From Candidatus Aenigmatarchaeota archaeon (GTDB lineage Archaea; Aenigmatarchaeota; Aenigmatarchaeia; Aenigmatarchaeales; JACQIB01), in assembly GCA_016198755.1 (NCBI GenBank), contig JACQIB010000004.1, forward strand, positions 64,001 through 128,000: DNA of 64,000 nucleotides. Direction: 5' to 3'. Position numbers and translations under genes: made by a program. The notes under the pieces were generated by a model. The model did no database searches. It was given only the letters and a program-made list of their open reading frames with translations, and was not told the DNA's origin. Of the stretch, positions 8,558-19,000 are shown piece after piece (the stretch's first letter is position 1; every line of letters begins with the position of its first letter).

Positions 8558-11055
8558 CAAGGATAACAAAGCTGGAGGCTCAGGGATTCAAGTCTTTTGC
8601 AAAGAAAACATATTTAGAGTTCCCAAAGAACCTTACAATTATATGTGGTCCAAACGGATCTGGTAAAAGCAATGTTCTAGATTCGCTGGTTTTTGTTTTA
8701 GGCAGAACTTCAGCAAAAAGCATCAGGGCAGACAGGATTTCTGAAGTTATTTTCAACGGGGGAACAAAAGCCCAGCCTGCAGATCAGGCCCGCGTAACAA
8801 TAACATTTGACAACAAAGACAAGACATTCAAAGTGGATGCTCAGGAGATTGTGATTAGCAGGAGGGTTAACAGGAACGGGGTTTCAATTTACAAGTTAAA
8901 CGGGGAAACTTCAACGAGAGAAAGGATTCTGGAAATCCTGCGCGCTGCAAACGTCCATCCAGACGGGCACAACATAATACTGCAGGGGGATATTACAGAA
9001 ATTATTGAAATGAGCCCTTCAGAGAGAAGGGAAATTATAGATGAAGTTTCAGGTATAGCTGAGTTTGATGAGAAAAAGGAAAAGGCTGCGCGTGAGCTGC
9101 AGACAGTGGAAGAAAGGGTTAAAGAATCAGGAATAGTTCTGGAGGAGAGGAAAATACAGCTGGAAAAGCTTTCCAAAGAAAAGGAGGGTGCTGAAAAATA
9201 CAACAAGTTTACCGCTGAATTAGACAGGCTGCGTGCAAGCCTTGGAACAAAGAGGCTTGCAGAGGCTGAAGAGGCATTTTCATCCCTGCAAAAGAAAATA
9301 ACAGAAAGGGAAGTGGAAACAAAAGCTGCGTTGAAGGATTTGGATTCTATAGACAAGGATTTTGGAAAAGCAGAGAAGAAGATGGAGGATGTTAACAAGA
9401 AGCTTATAGACAGGAGCGCTGCCTTTGCAACTGTTAAGGAAGCTGAGAAATTAAGGGCAGAAATCTCCGGAAAGCGTTTGCGCATTGATTCGGGTGCAGC
9501 AGAGATCCGCAGGCTGGATGATCTTGTAGAGCATTTGCAATATTTAAAACAAAAGCAGCTGGAAGAATCTGCTTCAGCAGCAGTCCAGTCTGTCCTGAAG
9601 CTTGGGAAAGCAGGTGTTTATGGAACAATAGCAACCCTATCCAAAGTTTCCCAGCAGTACCAGACAGCAATAGAAGTCGCAGCAGGTTCCCATATGCACG
9701 ATATTGTTGTGGATAATGCTGAGAAGGCTGTTGAATGTGTAAATCATCTAAAGAAAAACAGGATTGGACGCGCAACTTTCCTTCCACTGGACAAAATAAG
9801 GGAGCGCATAGCAGACAAAAAACTTTTAAATAAGGAAGGTGTTGTGGGTGTTGCAATAGATTTGGTAGAGTTTGATAAGAGATATTGGCATGCATTTTCC
9901 CATATTTTCGGAGATACAATTGTTGTGGATAAAATTGAAACAGCAAAGAGAATAGGTATTGGGGAGGCAAGGTTTGTAACATTAGACGGGGATTTGATAG
10001 AAAAAAGCGGTGCAATAATTGGCGGTTTTTACAGGACAGACAGGGGGACTATACTGGCTGCAGAGGATATTGGAAAATATGAAAAGCAGAGGGAGGCTTT
10101 GAAGGCTGAAATTAAAAGTTTTGAAACAGAACTTATACAGGCTGAAAAAAGGCTTTCAGATATACAGAAAAGAGAAGCTGAGGAGAGTGTAGAGGCAATT
10201 AAACTGCAGAAGGAAAGGGAGGAACTGGAGAAAAGTTTGCAGGAACAGAGACTGAAAAGGAAAGATATAGCGGAGAATAAGCTGACTGCAGAGGAGGAAT
10301 TAAACAGGCTGAAAATAAACAGAGCTAGGTTGGAAGCTGAATTGGAAAATGTGAAATCTGAGTTTGCAGAATTTATAGGAAAGGGCAAACCTGCTCCATA
10401 TTCAGACCAGCCTCCAGCACAATTGCAGGCAAAAATCCGCGACACTCTAACTTCAATCCAGTTACTAGGTCCAATAAATCAGCGTGCTTTGCAGGAGTTT
10501 GAGGAACTATCAGTTGTTTACAGGGAACTGAAAGAAAGGGTAGATAAACTTACAGATGAGAGGGACAAAATATTGACTGTAATAGCAGAGGTTGAGGGAA
10601 AAAGGAAGGAAAGCTTTAGAAAAACACTTACTGCAGTCTCAGAGCAGTTCAGGCTAGTTTTCCATGATCTTACCGGAGGGAGAGGGGATCTTAGATTGGA
10701 AGGGGATAATCTGGAGGAGGCTGGGCTAATAATAGAGGCAAGCCCCCCAGGAAGGAGAGTGCTGAATATAGATGCAACTTCAGGCGGAGAAAAAACCCTT
10801 ATTGCTCTGGCTTTTCTTTTTGCAATACAGCGTTTCCGTCCTGCCCCATTCTATATACTGGATGAAATTGATGCTGCGTTAGACAAGCCAAACACTAAAA
10901 AAGTTACAGAATTCCTGAAAAAGAACTCTGCCACAGCCCAGTTCATAATAATCTCCCACAACGATACAACAATACAGGTAGGTGATTGTGTATACGGTGT
11001 TTCCATGCAGGAGGGTGAATCAAAGGTTGTCGGGATAAAAATGCCGGAGGCTTGA
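8554..11055 (+). CDS. smc: Chromosome segregation protein SMC, short-armed (833 aa)
   Basis: GFKSF, Walker [11 protein letters not shown]-loop IILQG, hinge GRATFLPL...TLDGD-x5-G-x3-GG, signature SGGEK, Walker B LDEIDAALD, ISH. Confidence 0.95.
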   Translation: MTRITKLEAQGFKSFAKKTYLEFPKNLTIICGPNGSGKSNVLDSLVFVLGRTSAKSIRADRISEVIFNGGTKAQPADQARVTITFDNKDKTFKVDAQEIVISRRVNRNGVSIYKLNGETSTRERILEILRAANVHPDGHNIILQGDITEIIEMSPSERREIIDEVSGIAEFDEKKEKAARELQTVEERVKESGIVLEERKIQLEKLSKEKEGAEKYNKFTAELDRLRASLGTKRLAEAEEAFSSLQKKITEREVETKAALKDLDSIDKDFGKAEKKMEDVNKKLIDRSAAFATVKEAEKLRAEISGKRLRIDSGAAEIRRLDDLVEHLQYLKQKQLEESASAAVQSVLKLGKAGVYGTIATLSKVSQQYQTAIEVAAGSHMHDIVVDNAEKAVECVNHLKKNRIGRATFLPLDKIRERIADKKLLNKEGVVGVAIDLVEFDKRYWHAFSHIFGDTIVVDKIETAKRIGIGEARFVTLDGDLIEKSGAIIGGFYRTDRGTILAAEDIGKYEKQREALKAEIKSFETELIQAEKRLSDIQKREAEESVEAIKLQKEREELEKSLQEQRLKRKDIAENKLTAEEELNRLKINRARLEAELENVKSEFAEFIGKGKPAPYSDQPPAQLQAKIRDTLTSIQLLGPINQRALQEFEELSVVYRELKERVDKLTDERDKILTVIAEVEGKRKESFRKTLTAVSEQFRLVFHDLTGGRGDLRLEGDNLEEAGLIIEASPPGRRVLNIDATSGGEKTLIALAFLFAIQRFRPAPFYILDEIDAALDKPNTKKVTEFLKKNSATAQFIIISHNDTTIQVGDCVYGVSMQEGESKVVGIKMPEA

Positions 11056-11057
11056 AA

Positions 11058-11759
11058 ATGTTAACAGATAATGATATGATAACATTGGTTGTGAATGAAC
11101 CCAGCTGGGAGGATGTTATTTTAAAAATTGTTGCTGAGGAAGGGATGGATCCATGGGCAGTGGATTTGATTAAGCTGGCAGATGCTTTTAATGTATATTT
11201 GCAAAAGATAGGGGAGATGGATCTTAGAGTTCCGGCGCGTTTTATTCTAATTGCAGCGATTTTGCTGAGAATGAAATCTGATATTTTTGCTGCCAAAAAA
11301 CTACGAACAGTTTTATCAGATTCTGAAAAGCCCCCTGATCCTATGTTAAAAATTTTGGCTGAAGTACCCCCATTACAGCCCCCACTCAAGAGAATTCCTC
11401 TGGGTTCAGTAACAGTAGATGAGCTTATATCAGCACTGAAAAAAGCCTTTGAGGTAAAGGAAAGGAGGACAATAAGAAAAGACAGGCTGCGCAGGGCAGT
11501 TGCCCAAGTACTGCCTGTGGATCAGGAAGATATAACAGACAGGATAGAAAAATTATATTCCCAGATAAATTCTTACTTAACAGAACTTCAGTGTTCTGTT
11601 GAGTTTTCAAAACTTGTTAAAACATGGGAACGCAGGAGTATAGTCAGGACTTTATTACCCCTTTTACACTTAACTCAGGAGGGAAAGGTAGATTACAGGC
11701 AGGAGCAGGTCTGGGGAGAAATTATAGTGGAGGGGAAAAAGAATGAAAGTAAAGCCTAA
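11058..11759 (+). CDS. scpA: Kleisin ScpA
   Basis: MDPWAVDL, AAILLRMKS, C-terminal LLPLLHL...QEQVWGEI; GGAGG before ATG 11058. Confidence 0.9.
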   Translation: MLTDNDMITLVVNEPSWEDVILKIVAEEGMDPWAVDLIKLADAFNVYLQKIGEMDLRVPARFILIAAILLRMKSDIFAAKKLRTVLSDSEKPPDPMLKILAEVPPLQPPLKRIPLGSVTVDELISALKKAFEVKERRTIRKDRLRRAVAQVLPVDQEDITDRIEKLYSQINSYLTELQCSVEFSKLVKTWERRSIVRTLLPLLHLTQEGKVDYRQEQVWGEIIVEGKKNESKA

Positions 11760-12177
11760 CAGGCTTGGGGCAGCTGATATAATAATACAGAAGCCGGGAA
11801 AAATAGTTTTGCTGAAGAGCGCTGTTGGCAGCTTTAAAGGAAAATGGGAAATACCTGGAGGCAAAATGGATAAGGGGGAAGCTGTTGAAAAAACGGCTGT
11901 GCGCGAGGCTTTTGAGGAGACAGGATTAAGAGTAAAGATTATAGCTCTGCTAGGCGTTTATTCTGACCCGCGGCGCGACCCGCGCTGCCCTTCAATGTCA
12001 GCAGCCTTTATAACAAAGCCTGTGGGGGGAAAGCTTAGAGGAAGCGGGGAGGGTGAGGTTTTCTGGGTTGGTATTTCAAAAATAAATAGGCTGAAATTCG
12101 GATATGACCATAAGAAAATACTGAAGGACTACAAAAAATGGCTTTCGCGCGGCGGAACTTACTGGAGTGGGAGATAA
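11743..12177 (+). CDS. NUDIX hydrolase (ADP-ribose pyrophosphatase-like)
   Basis: Nudix box GGKMDKGEAVEKTAVREAFEETGL; YSDPRRDPR. Confidence 0.9.
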   Translation: MKVKPNRLGAADIIIQKPGKIVLLKSAVGSFKGKWEIPGGKMDKGEAVEKTAVREAFEETGLRVKIIALLGVYSDPRRDPRCPSMSAAFITKPVGGKLRGSGEGEVFWVGISKINRLKFGYDHKKILKDYKKWLSRGGTYWSGR

Positions 12178-12699
12178 ATGGTACAAAATAAAAAGGCTGT
12201 TATAGAGGCTGTTTTGTTTATGAGCAGCGAGCCTGTATCTTTTGAAAAGATCCTGAAACTTTTGCATACCCAGAAAGTAGAGGAAGTAGCAGGAATACTC
12301 AAAAATATGCAGGAGGAGCTGAAGAAGGAGGAACATGGAATACATTTGATTGAAACAAAGGAAGGTTGGGTTTTGAAAGTAAAGGCAGACTACCAGAACC
12401 TTGTCAGGCCTTTAACTCCCTATCAGGATTTGAGCAGAGGTTTGCTGAAAGTTCTGGCTCTGGTTGCTTACAAGCAGCCAATAACACAGTCTGAGATTGT
12501 AAAGGTTATAGGAAACAGGACCTATGAATACGTGAAAATACTGCAGGAGAAAGGATTGATTAATACAATTAAAACAGGTAGAACAAAAGCCCTTGTTGCA
12601 ACAAAAGAGTTTGCAGAATATTTCGGTCTGGAAACACCAGAGGATGCAAAAAAACTTTTCGAATCCCTTCCTTTAACAAAAGAAAAACAGGAAGCTTAA
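12178..12699 (+). CDS. scpB: Kite subunit ScpB
   Basis: IEAVLF-x3-EP, LALVAYKQPITQSEI, TKEFAEYFGL. Confidence 0.93.
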   Translation: MVQNKKAVIEAVLFMSSEPVSFEKILKLLHTQKVEEVAGILKNMQEELKKEEHGIHLIETKEGWVLKVKADYQNLVRPLTPYQDLSRGLLKVLALVAYKQPITQSEIVKVIGNRTYEYVKILQEKGLINTIKTGRTKALVATKEFAEYFGLETPEDAKKLFESLPLTKEKQEA

Positions 12700-13175
12700 G
12701 CCTTTCCTGGAGGAGTTACACTCTGTATTTGCCCAACAAGCTTTCCTGTATTATCATAGAAAGCTATTGTATCTATCCCATTTCCCAAATCTCTGTATAA
12801 AGAGAGGCTGCCATCCACGCTCATCGTTCCATTAATGCATGTTGAACAGCCTAAACCAGCCACTTTCTTTAGCGTAATCTCAAGTACACTTCCCTGAACA
12901 GTATATTCTGCCTTTATATCATCACACATAGAATCAACTGCAACATATCCCTTTATGGAAAAATCTTTTATACTCAACCCATCTTTTCCTACAGCAGGCA
13001 GAATGCTTATTCTTGTTTCAGGGTTCTTTAAATCACATGATGGAACACCCTGATGGAGCTCAAAGTTCTTTACTGTAAGATTACCCGTATATTCAGGCTC
13101 CTGTCCTACACAGCCTGAAGCAGCTATTGCTACAGTCAGAGTTAAAATGCCCATCAAAACCACAACCCATTTCAT
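12696..13175 (-). CDS. Putative lipoprotein
   Basis: Hydrophobic N-terminus with lipobox ASGC; four further Cys. Confidence 0.65.
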   Translation of the reverse strand: MKWVVVLMGILTLTVAIAASGCVGQEPEYTGNLTVKNFELHQGVPSCDLKNPETRISILPAVGKDGLSIKDFSIKGYVAVDSMCDDIKAEYTVQGSVLEITLKKVAGLGCSTCINGTMSVDGSLSLYRDLGNGIDTIAFYDNTGKLVGQIQSVTPPGKA

Positions 13176-13210
13176 TCCCCTATCTACCTCTGCACAAGAA
13201 TTTAAACTTT

Positions 13211-13666
13211 CTATATGCGTTTCCTATACCTTATTCCAATGGGCCTGAACTTAAGTTTCCTATAGAATGTATTTGCTTTTTTGTTTGCCAAGTAAGTATT
13301 CAGTGAAACTGTTTTGCACCCCTGTTTTTTGAACCATTTTATGAGCTCTGTTGTTAAAGCCTTCCCAACACCTCCGCCCCTGAAAGGCCTGCTTACATAG
13401 AGCGTATCAATATAACCTTCCTTGTATTTTGCACCAATAACAACATACCCATTGGCAAATCCAATAACTTTCCCTTCTTCAGCTACCAGAAACCTGCCCT
13501 TAGTACGCAAAAGTTTTCTGATAGATACAATACTTCTTTTCTCTTCCCAATTTTCCTGCATATACCTAATTTCCCCGTCAAACAAGCCAAGTTCATACTT
13601 TCGCAGCTCATCAAAGAAGTATTTTATTGTTTTTGCATCAGTTTGCTTTGCAGTCCTTATTATCAT
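13211..13666 (-). CDS. GNAT acetyltransferase
   Basis: LYVSRPFRGGGVGKAL, NKKANTFYRKLKF. Confidence 0.88.
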   Translation of the reverse strand: MIIRTAKQTDAKTIKYFFDELRKYELGLFDGEIRYMQENWEEKRSIVSIRKLLRTKGRFLVAEEGKVIGFANGYVVIGAKYKEGYIDTLYVSRPFRGGGVGKALTTELIKWFKKQGCKTVSLNTYLANKKANTFYRKLKFRPIGIRYRKRI

Positions 13667-13730
13667 GTTAATATTTGCAGTTTCTGGATTAAAAATAAGA
13701 CTTATTTAGTACCCAGCATAAACATTTTTC

Positions 13731-15152
13731 ATGGTTTCTGCAGCAGCAATAGGGAAATTGGGGGGGGAAGAGTTCTACAGATTTTATAAGAGAATTGTTG
13801 AAACAGATACAACAAACATGGAGGATATTTCCCGCGGGATAGTTTTAAAGAAAAACTATATAAAATGCTCAAAAATAATTGCTGCCCAATGCAGGTCCCT
13901 TGGAATGGAAACAACTATTTTCGAGCCAGTTCGGGAAAAAATCTTCAAACCTATAGACAAGAAACCCCGCCCAAATGTTATAGCAGATATTGACAATGGA
14001 AAGAAAAAAACAGTCCTTATTTTATCCCACTATGATGTTGTACCAGTTCCAAAAACACAGAAGTGGAACACAAATCCATTCAAGCTGGTTTTTAAGAACG
14101 GAAAGTTCTTTGCTAGAGGCTCTAGTGATGATAAGGGTTCAGGCGTTCTCTGTACACTTGCTGCACTCTCTGAGATGGAAAATATACCTGTAAATGTGCG
14201 CGCGATTTTTGCGTGCGATGAAGAAACACAGGGATCTGGAGGGTTGGAATCAATAAAAATCCATGATAGACTGAATCCAAAGGACAAAATTTTAGCAGGA
14301 GATTTGGCACTTCTGCCAGATGGAGATCCGCACGTTTCAGGCGGGAGCAGCGGGGTTGTTTTTGGGGATATAGAGTTTAACGGAAACTTCCCGGTTTTCT
14401 TGAAATTTCTAAAGAATTTGATAGCCTATAAGCAAGTCAGGGAGAAAATGAACTCTGTTTTATCAGCTCCGGACTGGCCCAGCTCTCCCAGCAGAAAAAT
14501 AACAGGCCGCTTTACAGTTACAAAACTGTTCTGGGCATCAAAAAAGGCAAAACTTAGCAGCGGCGGCAATTCAAACAACACAATTCCAGATATGGTTTTG
14601 GGAAAGATAGGCTCTGGAAAAATAGAAATTCTTGGAAAAGGAGGGCACGCAGGCTTACCTCACTGTTTCAAGAATCCAATAGAGCTTTCTATCCCTGTTA
14701 TGGAAGAGCTAAAAATAGCTGAATCAGGAACAGGAAGAATAGGATTTGATATGCGGTTAATACCAGAGGAAGACCCAAACAAAGCTTTCAGGAAGTTTTT
14801 AGGCTTTTACAGGAGCATTAAACCCAGTGGAGCAAAATTAACAGCTCCTCCAGAGAGAAGAAAACACGGCTATTTTTTAAAACCAAAAGATCCTGCTGTA
14901 GTTTTATTGAAAAAATCTTTCGAATCTGTAACAGGCAAAAAACACAAAGTTCTGGGTGACTATGGAGGTTCTGATGCAACTAGTTTTATTGGTTTAAAAA
15001 CCCCAGATGGAAAGCCCCTGAAAGCTTTATTGTTCGGTTCAGAGGGAAAGGGAACAAATATTCACGGAGCAAATGAAAACGCTCCCCCATCAGCACTAAG
15101 GAAGAATATGGAAATTATAAAATGGCTTCTCAGGAACTCCCAGTTTCTTTGA
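13731..15152 (+). CDS. M20 metallopeptidase/deacylase (ArgE/DapE-like)
   Basis: SHYDVVP, ARGSSDDKG, DEE, GGSDA, HGANE. Confidence 0.85.
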   Translation: MVSAAAIGKLGGEEFYRFYKRIVETDTTNMEDISRGIVLKKNYIKCSKIIAAQCRSLGMETTIFEPVREKIFKPIDKKPRPNVIADIDNGKKKTVLILSHYDVVPVPKTQKWNTNPFKLVFKNGKFFARGSSDDKGSGVLCTLAALSEMENIPVNVRAIFACDEETQGSGGLESIKIHDRLNPKDKILAGDLALLPDGDPHVSGGSSGVVFGDIEFNGNFPVFLKFLKNLIAYKQVREKMNSVLSAPDWPSSPSRKITGRFTVTKLFWASKKAKLSSGGNSNNTIPDMVLGKIGSGKIEILGKGGHAGLPHCFKNPIELSIPVMEELKIAESGTGRIGFDMRLIPEEDPNKAFRKFLGFYRSIKPSGAKLTAPPERRKHGYFLKPKDPAVVLLKKSFESVTGKKHKVLGDYGGSDATSFIGLKTPDGKPLKALLFGSEGKGTNIHGANENAPPSALRKNMEIIKWLLRNSQFL

Positions 15153-15414
15153 TTTTCTTTGCTCTATCTTCCATTATTTTCTTTGTTTCTCCCTGCAGCT
15201 CAGAAGCCTCAGAATGTATAGAACCCACACCGCCTCTTGCCAACCAAACAGAATTTTCCAGTGGCTCAAACAGTTCTTTCGGATCCCCGCTTACAGGACA
15301 GCACCAGTCCTCAGGAACATTATCCCATTTTGTGCCAGCAGCAATATTCTCTTCTTTCCTTCCTTGCTCTTCATCATAGACAAACCCGCAACCCACACAA
15401 ACCATTTTTGCCAT
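15130..15414 (-). CDS. Rubredoxin variant with C-terminal extension
   Basis: CVGCGFVYD...GTKW-x2-VPEDWCCPVSG-x2-K-x2-F. Confidence 0.85.
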   Translation of the reverse strand: MAKMVCVGCGFVYDEEQGRKEENIAAGTKWDNVPEDWCCPVSGDPKELFEPLENSVWLARGGVGSIHSEASELQGETKKIMEDRAKKIKETGSS

Positions 15415-15466
15415 CTGAAGCCTTTAGGGCGCAGGCTTTTAAAGCTTTCCAGCCAACAAAATTGTT

Positions 15467-16006
15467 ATGGTAGAAGCGGATGTAAATGGGTTTTTGAAAT
15501 GTGTTCTAGTTGGACACAGAAAAACTGCTGTTAATATACTATATAATCTCAACCCGAATGTTGATGGACCAGCGTATGCTGAGCTGGTAGGAAAAGTTAA
15601 AGAGCTATATAGTGGTGCAGAAATAGATTATGTTTCAGAAGAAAAAGGCATAACATTGCACTTTTCCTTAACAGAAAAAAATGCAGGTTCAGCTTTTTTG
15701 CAGCGTAGATTTATGGTAGGTGGCGGAGTTCCGGATGAAAAACCAGTTGATGTGTTACTAACTGCAAATAGCTTAGGTCTGGATTTGCCGGGTTATATGG
15801 CTGAGATTATACCTGATGGAAGTGGATGGAAGTTGAATATAGCTGGGAGAAAGGGTGGTGCTGTTCAGGAAAATCCAGATGGTATGGGATTTACTGCGGA
15901 TGCAGAAGAGCCGGCTGGTCCACGGGCAATAACAGATGTGCAATTAGCCTTACTTACAATTGGAAAAGTATACGGTTTTGAAACAGAAGAGCCAGCACCA
16001 GCCTAA
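15467..16006 (+). CDS. Hypothetical protein
   Basis: 179-aa ATG ORF filling the gap, divergent from rubredoxin; no motif recognised. Confidence 0.6.
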   Translation: MVEADVNGFLKCVLVGHRKTAVNILYNLNPNVDGPAYAELVGKVKELYSGAEIDYVSEEKGITLHFSLTEKNAGSAFLQRRFMVGGGVPDEKPVDVLLTANSLGLDLPGYMAEIIPDGSGWKLNIAGRKGGAVQENPDGMGFTADAEEPAGPRAITDVQLALLTIGKVYGFETEEPAPA

Positions 16007-19000
16007 ATAACATTGTTCTTTCCAAAGAAGTTTTTAACTTTATCAGCAGCCCTATCGTATATGCTGCGCGGTTTGTCTATAACAAATCCCTCTGCTTTTG
16101 AAACTTTAACATCCTTTGATATCTGCCCTCCAAAGTTTCCTGATAATGCTTTCCCATCTACCCCACGCGGAGATTTAAATATATCAAACAGCTCTGCTAT
16201 TCTCTCTTCAGCAGCAGCTTTGTTTCCAATCCTGCCCTTGTCAATAGTGTTTTTAAGCCAGTTATTCATTGAAATCTGAAGTTGAGCATACTGTTCTCTT
16301 GTTATCAATCCTTTATCCACAAGCAATTTGGAAATACCCTGAGACTTCCTTATTAACAATTCATCTCCTGTCCTTATAGCAAGCAGTTCATTTGCTACTA
16401 CATTTTCTATTTCCCTCTGATTAATTTTAACTCCGTCCAAAAGCTTTGCAGCATCATCTGCTTTGCTCTCTTCCACTAATAATTCTACTCTGTTTCTGAA
16501 AACATTCTCACCATCCCTTACATTTATCAGCGCGTCAGCTTCTAATTCTGCAAGGTAGGATTTTTTAAAAGCCACAGGCCTGTAATTGAAATCCAATTTT
16601 CTTGCAAATCTCTTCTGTGCAACTTCCATATGGGCAAACTCATGGGAAATTGTTCCCCTCCTGATCAGTTCCGCAGCTGATGTTTTCTGGTCTATGAAAA
16701 GTGTATCATAGCTTGATCTAGCCCATGCATCATTCTTTCCGAAATCCCTATATTCTATATTTCCCAGTTTTACATTATAATTTCTTGCACCCTTCCCTAT
16801 CTCACCCCTAATCATTCCTAAATGGGATTTTTGCAGGTTTGTCAGAGTATCTGATGATATTTTCCTCCCACTCCAGTCTGTTACAGCTCTTGATACAGTT
16901 ACTTTCTCCCCTTTAACAAGTATAGTTTCCACTATTTCCGGAATTTTAGCAGCCCGCGCTGCAGCAACCCCCCCAGCCCATGGAAGACTCATCACAGGCA
17001 ATCCAGCATGCCCTGCTTTTCCATAAATTCCATTCACGGGTTTTACTTTTTCAGTTTCCTTAAGCAGCCCTAAAGTTATTTGGCGTGTTTCCTCATCTCT
17101 TACTTTTTTTTGTATTAGTTTCTCCAATATATCCTGCACATCTTTCTTTGAAGCGCTCTTCTCTATAGGTATACTAATTTGCTTTCCGAACAATGTCACT
17201 TTCTTATCGTATTTGTAACCAAGTTCACTCATTTTTTTCAAATAATTCAGATAGGTTTCTCCACCATATTCTAAAGCTACCAAATCTGCAAGTTCCTCCT
17301 TAGCTTCGTTAAACATTATATTTCGCATACTTGATTTCATTATAACGTCATTCTCTTTCAGTATGTTTTCAGCAACAATAATCCCCTCCGAAGTATCTAT
17401 AAACGGGTGTGCAACTGCATGTTTTAACACCGCAATATTATCTGGTGTAATAGCTTCTCTGGTCAGAATTATTTGCACTTTTTTTGTGCCAGGTATATAG
17501 TAAATAAATTCTTTCTCTATAACATTCTTACCTTCCTTTGTTATGGTATCTACTACTCCGACTTCAACATCCCATCCTTTCAATCCCAATTTTTCAATTT
17601 CTTTTTTTGCCATATTCTGTATTAATTTTGGAGCCTTTACGCCACCTGAAAATTCTATTCCACCCTTTCCTGCGGTTTCTATTGCCATTTGAAATTTATT
17701 TTCCCAACTTGTCTTGCTAAGGCCTTTTTCAGCATCCTTTAGAACAGTACCGGCTTTTTTTGCATCTACAACTTTATTAATTTTATTTCCAGCTTTTCCC
17801 AACTTACCAGCCGTTTCAACTCCTTTTCCAATTTTCCCAGCTGCATTTGCAGCCTTGCCTGCTTTGCCAGCCAAACTGCCTGCTTTCCCTGCTTTAGCTG
17901 CACCCCCCACAGCCCCGCCTCCAACAAACAGCTGCGCAACCTCTCCTACACATTCACCTGCATTTTCAGCAGAGCCTGAGCAGTAGTCCCAAGCTTTGTG
18001 CGCCAGCTCCTTCACTTTTTCTTTGACTTCATCAGGATGGGAAGCAACCCATTCTACTTTTTCTTTTGCAGTTCCAAGCGCTCCCTTCACATCTCCCCAA
18101 TGATCCTCGCTTGTGATTGCCCATTCATAGCCAGCTTTCCCCACATTATAAACAACCTTTGGGAGATCGTAAACCAGTCCCTTCACAGTATTGTAAACAG
18201 ATTTTACAACACCCACCTGGAATTCTGCAATTTGCATTGTTGAATAGAAGAGGTTTCCTGCTAGAGATGTCCCCTTTGCAGTATTAGCTGTCTGCTTCAA
18301 TTTATTCCAGCCATCCTGAACACTTCCAACAAATCCCGCAGCTTTATCCTTCAGCTTTCCCCAGAAACCTTTCTGTGGCTGCTCAGTATACAATTCCACT
18401 TCAGGAGCCGGAACAGATGAAAAATAGGCTTTAGGCTCTAATATCACTGTTTTAACAGGTGGTTCAGGCCGCGGGAAATATATTGAGTTTGGGTTACGCT
18501 CTATTTTTAATTCAGGCTGGGGCTCAGGCTTCGGGAAAATCCCCAGAGCAGCCCACTTAGCATTTGTCTCAGCTCTGCGCTGCGCGCGATAGGCGCTCGC
18601 TTCTCTTCTTGCTTCCGCTTCCCTTTCTCTCTCCCTCTCCAATCGTATCTTCTCCAGCTCTTTCCAATATTTGCTTGTGCTTGTTGATTCTGCAAACTTT
18701 TCTTCAAAGCTTTTTGTTGGCTGGTTTTCGGTTTCAATCTCCTGACTTGTTTTTGCATTTATTTTTCCAATCCAATCTCCTATAGAAGATCTCCTTGTTA
18801 AAGCAACTCCAGCAGCAGCCGTCCCCCCAAAAAGTAAAAGAGAGAGCAAAGGATTTTCCTGCGCAAATGCTGTTGCATCTCCAGCCAAGTCAAACTCATT
18901 TTCACTTCCTTCACCGCTTGCCAGAATAAAAGGATTAGAAGCTGGGGTGAACAGCGGTTCCTCCTGCGCGTATAAGGCAATATTTCCTATATTTCCCATT

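Noticed and set aside
8889-10445. Long antisense ORFs inside smc (also 32361-33260 in guaB and 62078-62623)
   Set aside because: Shadow frames of well-supported genes on the opposite strand
8270-12699. Wadjet/MksBEFG plasmid-defence reading of the short SMC
   Set aside because: Canonical Smc hinge and canonical ScpA/ScpB; no JetD/MksG Toprim gene
15467-16006. Immunity protein for the 1663-aa toxin-like gene
   Set aside because: Convergent rather than co-transcribed, and no immunity-family motif; cannot be supported
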